From Squalus acanthias (lineage: Eukaryota): a stretch of DNA of 64,000 nucleotides. The translations under genes and the position numbers were made by a program. Every line of letters starts with the position of its first letter. The stretch's first letter is position 1. This document shows, one piece after another, positions 60,241-64,000 of the stretch. Location of the stretch: positions 173,416,001 through 173,480,000 of the forward strand of contig CM059425.1 of assembly GCA_030390025.1 (NCBI GenBank). The letters run 5' to 3'. Below the pieces are notes generated by a model that did not search any database, was not told the origin of the DNA, and was given only the letters and a program-made list of their open reading frames with translations.

Positions 60241-62281
60241 CAGTTTGAGAGTGATGCAGTCCAATCTGAAACTAAGGTCTTCAATCTAAAGAGAGGAAAC
60301 TACAAGGATATGAGGGACAAGTTGGCCATGGTAGATTGGGAGACTACACTAGAAGGTATGAAGGTGGACATACAATGGCTAACATTCAAGGAAATAATGC
60401 ATAATTTGCAACAAACATTTATTCCTCTAGGGCATAAAAACCCAAAAGGAAAAGTGATCCAACCATGGCTAACAAAAGAAATTAAAGCTAGTATTAAGTC
60501 AAAGGAGGAAGCTTATAAAGTTGCCAGAAAAAGCGGTCAGCCTGAGGATTGGGATCTTTTTAGAAATCAGCAAAGGGGGACCAAGAAATTGATAAAGAAA
60601 GGGAAAATGGAATATGAGCACAAACTAGCAAAAAATATAAAAACGGATTGTAAAAGCTTCTATAGGTATGTGAAAAAGAAAAGACTGGCGAAGGTAAATG
60701 TAGGTCCTTTACAGTCAGAGACGGGAGAATTTATAATGGGGAATAAGGAAATGGCAGAGAAATTAAATAAATACTTTGTTTCTGTCTTCACGGAGGAAGA
60801 CACAAAAATCCTCCCAGAAATACGAGAAAACCAAGGGTGTGATGAGAATGAGGAACTTAAAGACATTATTATTAGTAAAAAAACAGTACTAGCAAAATTA
60901 ATGGGACTAAAAGTCGATAAATCCCAAGGACCGGATGACCTACATCCTAGGCTTTTTAAAGAGGTGGCCATTGGAATAGTGTATGCATTGGTTGTCATCT
61001 TCCAAAATTCTATAGATTCTGGAATGGTTCCTGCAGATTGGAGGATAGCAAATGTAACCCCGCTATTTAAGAAAGGAGGGAGAGAGAAAACGGGGAACTA
61101 CAGACCTATTAGCCTCACATCAGTAGTTGGGAAAATGCTGGAATCTATTATAAAGAATGCAATAACAGGGCACTTAGAAACTAATAGTAAGATTGGGCAG
61201 GGTCAACATCGATTTAGAAACCTATTGGAGTTCTTTGAGAATGTAACTAGTGGAGTAGACAAAGGGGAACTGGTAGATGTGGTGTATCTGGATTTTCAGA
61301 AGGCCTTCGATAAGGTCCCACACAAGAGGTTGGTGAACAAAATTAGGGCACATGGAATTAGGGGTAATATACTAGCATGGATTGAGAATTGGTTAGCAGA
61401 CAGAAAACAAAGAGTAAGGACGAACGGGTCTTTTTCAGGATGGCAGGCTGTGACTAGTGGGGTACCACAAGGATCGGTGCTTGGGCCCCAGCTATTCACA
61501 ATCTATATCAATGATTTGGATGAGGGGACTAAATGTAACATTTCCAAATTTGCTGATGATACAAAGCTAGGTGGCAGTGTCAGTTGCGAAGAGGATGTGA
61601 AGAGGCTTCAAGGGAATCTCGACAGCTTCAGTGAGTGGGCGAGAACATGGCAGATGGAATATAATGTGGATAAATGTGAAGTTCTCCACTTTGGTAGAAA
61701 AAACAGAAAGGCAGAGTATTTCCAAAATGGTGAAAGATTGGGGAATGCAGATGCTCAAAGGGCCCTGGGTGTCCTTGTACATGAGTCACTAAAAGTGAAT
61801 GTGCAGGTGCAGCAAGCCATTAGGAAGGCAAATGGTATGCTGGCCTTCATTACAAGAGGATTTGAGTACAGGAGTAAAGAAGTCTTACTCCAATTATATA
61901 GGGCCTTGGTGAGACCACACCTGGAGTACTGTGTATAATTTTGGACTCCTTACCGAAGGAAGGATATACTTGCCATAGAGGGAGTGCAACGAAGGTTCAC
62001 AAGATTGATTCCTGGGATGGCGGGACTGTCATATGAGAAGAGATTGAGTAAACTAGGCCTGTATTCTCTTGAATTCAGAAGAATAGATAGGCGTTTCTGC
62101 GGCCGAAAACGAGACTCCAGGATGGTATGTTGCCTCCCTGGTGCAAGGGTCAAGGATGTCTCGGAGCGGCTGCATGGCATTCTGGAGAGGGAGGGTGAAC
62201 AGCCAGTTGTCATGGTGCATATACGTACCAATGATATAGGTAAAAACCAGGATGAGGTCCTAAAAGCTGAATATAGGGAGT
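60241..62281 (+). mobile_element. CR1 ORF2 segment fused at ~62085 to a CR1 ORF1 fragment
   Basis: ORF 60208-61938 RT motifs; LEFRR runs directly into IDRRFCGRKRDSRMVCCLPG. Confidence 0.9.
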
Positions 62282-62285
62282 CATA

Positions 62286-63058
62286 GGGGGAAAAATTCAG
62301 CTGCTTGCGCCTCCCGTTAGCGCCTTAAGAGGGCGCTAATGGGGCGTAAAGCAGCTAACGCCCGGGCGCAGCGCCGCCCACGCCTCCCGAAAAATTTAGT
62401 GGGAGGTTAGCGGCGGCGGCAGCCGGTAGCGCCCTGTGGCGCTGCGCCGCCGGCGATGACGTCATCGCCGTGCGCAGCACCCCGCTCGCGCCCCGGCCGT
62501 GATCTTCAGTCGCGCCCCCTGATTTACCGCCAGACGCTATGTCCGACGGGTTCAGGGAGGCGTACGTGCGGCCGGGGCGGCGATATTTAAAGGGGAGGTG
62601 GCAGGCGGCCATTTTTGTTGCTGGCCGCCTGCCAGCACCTGCCCCCGTTGCTGTCCCCGGCCCCCGTGAAGCCCCCCGACCGTGAAGTGCCGGCTGCGCT
62701 CCAAGAGCCCGGCACTTCTCTTGAGTGCCGGGCTCTTTTGCCGGCACTCCCGATCCCTGGGAGCCCAGCTGGGCCCCGGTTCGCGCTGCGCAGGGTCCCT
62801 CCCCTTTAAGAAGGGGAGGAAGGCCTGCAATACCGCGGCGCGACGTGCCGCAGCGCGTGGCGCTGCGGCACGTAGCGCCAGGATATTCACTCGCAGCGCC
62901 CCAAGAGGGATGCGGGGTGCTTCCAGTGGCGCCCCGCTTCCCTCTTGGGGCGCAACCACTGAAGTTCCGGCGCGGGGCCGCTAATTTTTTCGGGGCGCTA
63001 AAAGTCGCGCCCCGGCGAGGTTAGCGCCCCAAATGGGGCGCGACCTAATTTCTACCCC
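62286..63058. mobile_element. Harbinger MITE-B with ATA TSD
   Basis: gagtcATA|GGGGGAAAAATT...AATTTCTACCCC|ATAgagtc. Confidence 0.95.
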
Positions 63059-63069
63059 ATAGAGTCATA

Positions 63070-64000
63070 GGGGGAAAAATTAGGTCGCGCCCCATTTGGG
63101 GCGCAAATATCGTCTGCACGCAAATATTAGCGCCTGGCGCTAATTATCGCCACTGACTGGAAACTTCACTTTTACCGCCCCGGGAGGTGAGTGGAGCGCT
63201 AAATCAGGCGCTGCACACCTGTCTTAAGGCGCAAAGGCCGAGCAGTGAGGCGCTAACTCAGCGCGCGAGCGCAGCGCAGCTGCTGCCAGTTAGCGAGGGA
63301 ACACAGACACACTGGCGCCGGCCACTTCTTAAAGCGGGGGGGGCCAACTTGCTCCCCAGCCACACCCTGCTCATTGCAGCCTTGAATCTCGGCCTGGAGA
63401 GACCTGTGAATCCATTTTGCTGCCAAGGATGGAGAGGGTGAGAGAACGAGCTCATCGCTTCACCGAGCGGGCCTTGGATGCTCTGCTTGGCGCGGTGGAG
63501 CGCAGAAGATGTATACTCTTCCCTGAGAGTGGCAGGAGGCCTTTGCCACGCGAGTACAGAAGAGTGTGGAGGGAGGTGGCTCAGAGCGTCTCCTCCAGGA
63601 GCATGGTGCCCAGGACCCATACTCAATGCCGCAAAAAGTTCAACGACCTCACTCGGGTCGTCAGGGTGAGTGGCTTTTTCTCAATACCTCTCCATCCCTC
63701 CATCTCAACCTCACTCTATGGCCAGAGGGTCTTAAAACCCCAATGCACAACACTCATCCAACACCTATGGCCCTTTCATGAAAAACACACACACATTCCA
63801 CACTTTGCATACAGTAAGGGCTATTCACCTATGGGAGGCACATCAGGCAAGACCATGGCTGCATACAGTAAGGGCTATTCACCTATGGGAGGCACATCAG
63901 GCAAGACCATGGTTGTATATTTACTCAGATGCTGTCCTTTTTCTTGCAGGCCAAGCTGGCGCATAATCGGAGACAGCAGCAACGGACAGGTGGAGGGCGG
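63070..64000 (+). mobile_element. Left end of a second autonomous-type Harbinger copy (Myb exon 1, intron 1, start of exon 2); runs off the window
   Basis: Colinear with 5773-6760; TIR GGGGGAAAAATT; intron minisatellite has 2 units. Confidence 0.95.

Noticed and set aside
61984..62286. Novel RT-esterase fusion protein
   Set aside because: Junction of two broken CR1 pieces downstream of a stop codon.

Overview
Repeat-saturated vertebrate genomic DNA with no confidently identifiable host gene. The CR1, V-SINE and Penelope family mix suggests a cartilaginous fish; that is inference only. The backbone is nested CR1 LINE copies (ORF1 with SGNH esterase; ORF2 with APE endonuclease and RT). Into it is inserted a PIF/Harbinger system: one complete 4.2-kb two-gene element (5773-9966; 12-bp TIRs, TTT TSD, spliced Myb/SANT gene convergent with a DDE transposase), several older relatives, one uninterrupted transposase ORF (58176-59366) and at least four MITE families. 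The most notable pattern is that young Harbinger ends repeatedly land at C-WWW-G sites, especially the CTATG units of CR1 3' tail microsatellites. Two elements stacked in adjacent tail units (spacer TATGACTCTAT) appear to have been copied together as a compound unit (55620-56996 vs 62286-63666, inverted). Features invisible in the ORF track include three Penelope-like element pieces carrying minimal hammerhead ribozymes, a decayed retrovirus-type RNase H plus integrase zinc finger, and env-like fragments. A ~9.5-kb tandem duplication (23353-32849 / 32883-42499) has a CR1-tail filler at its junction. All family assignments come from motif recognition by eye; no database search was run.
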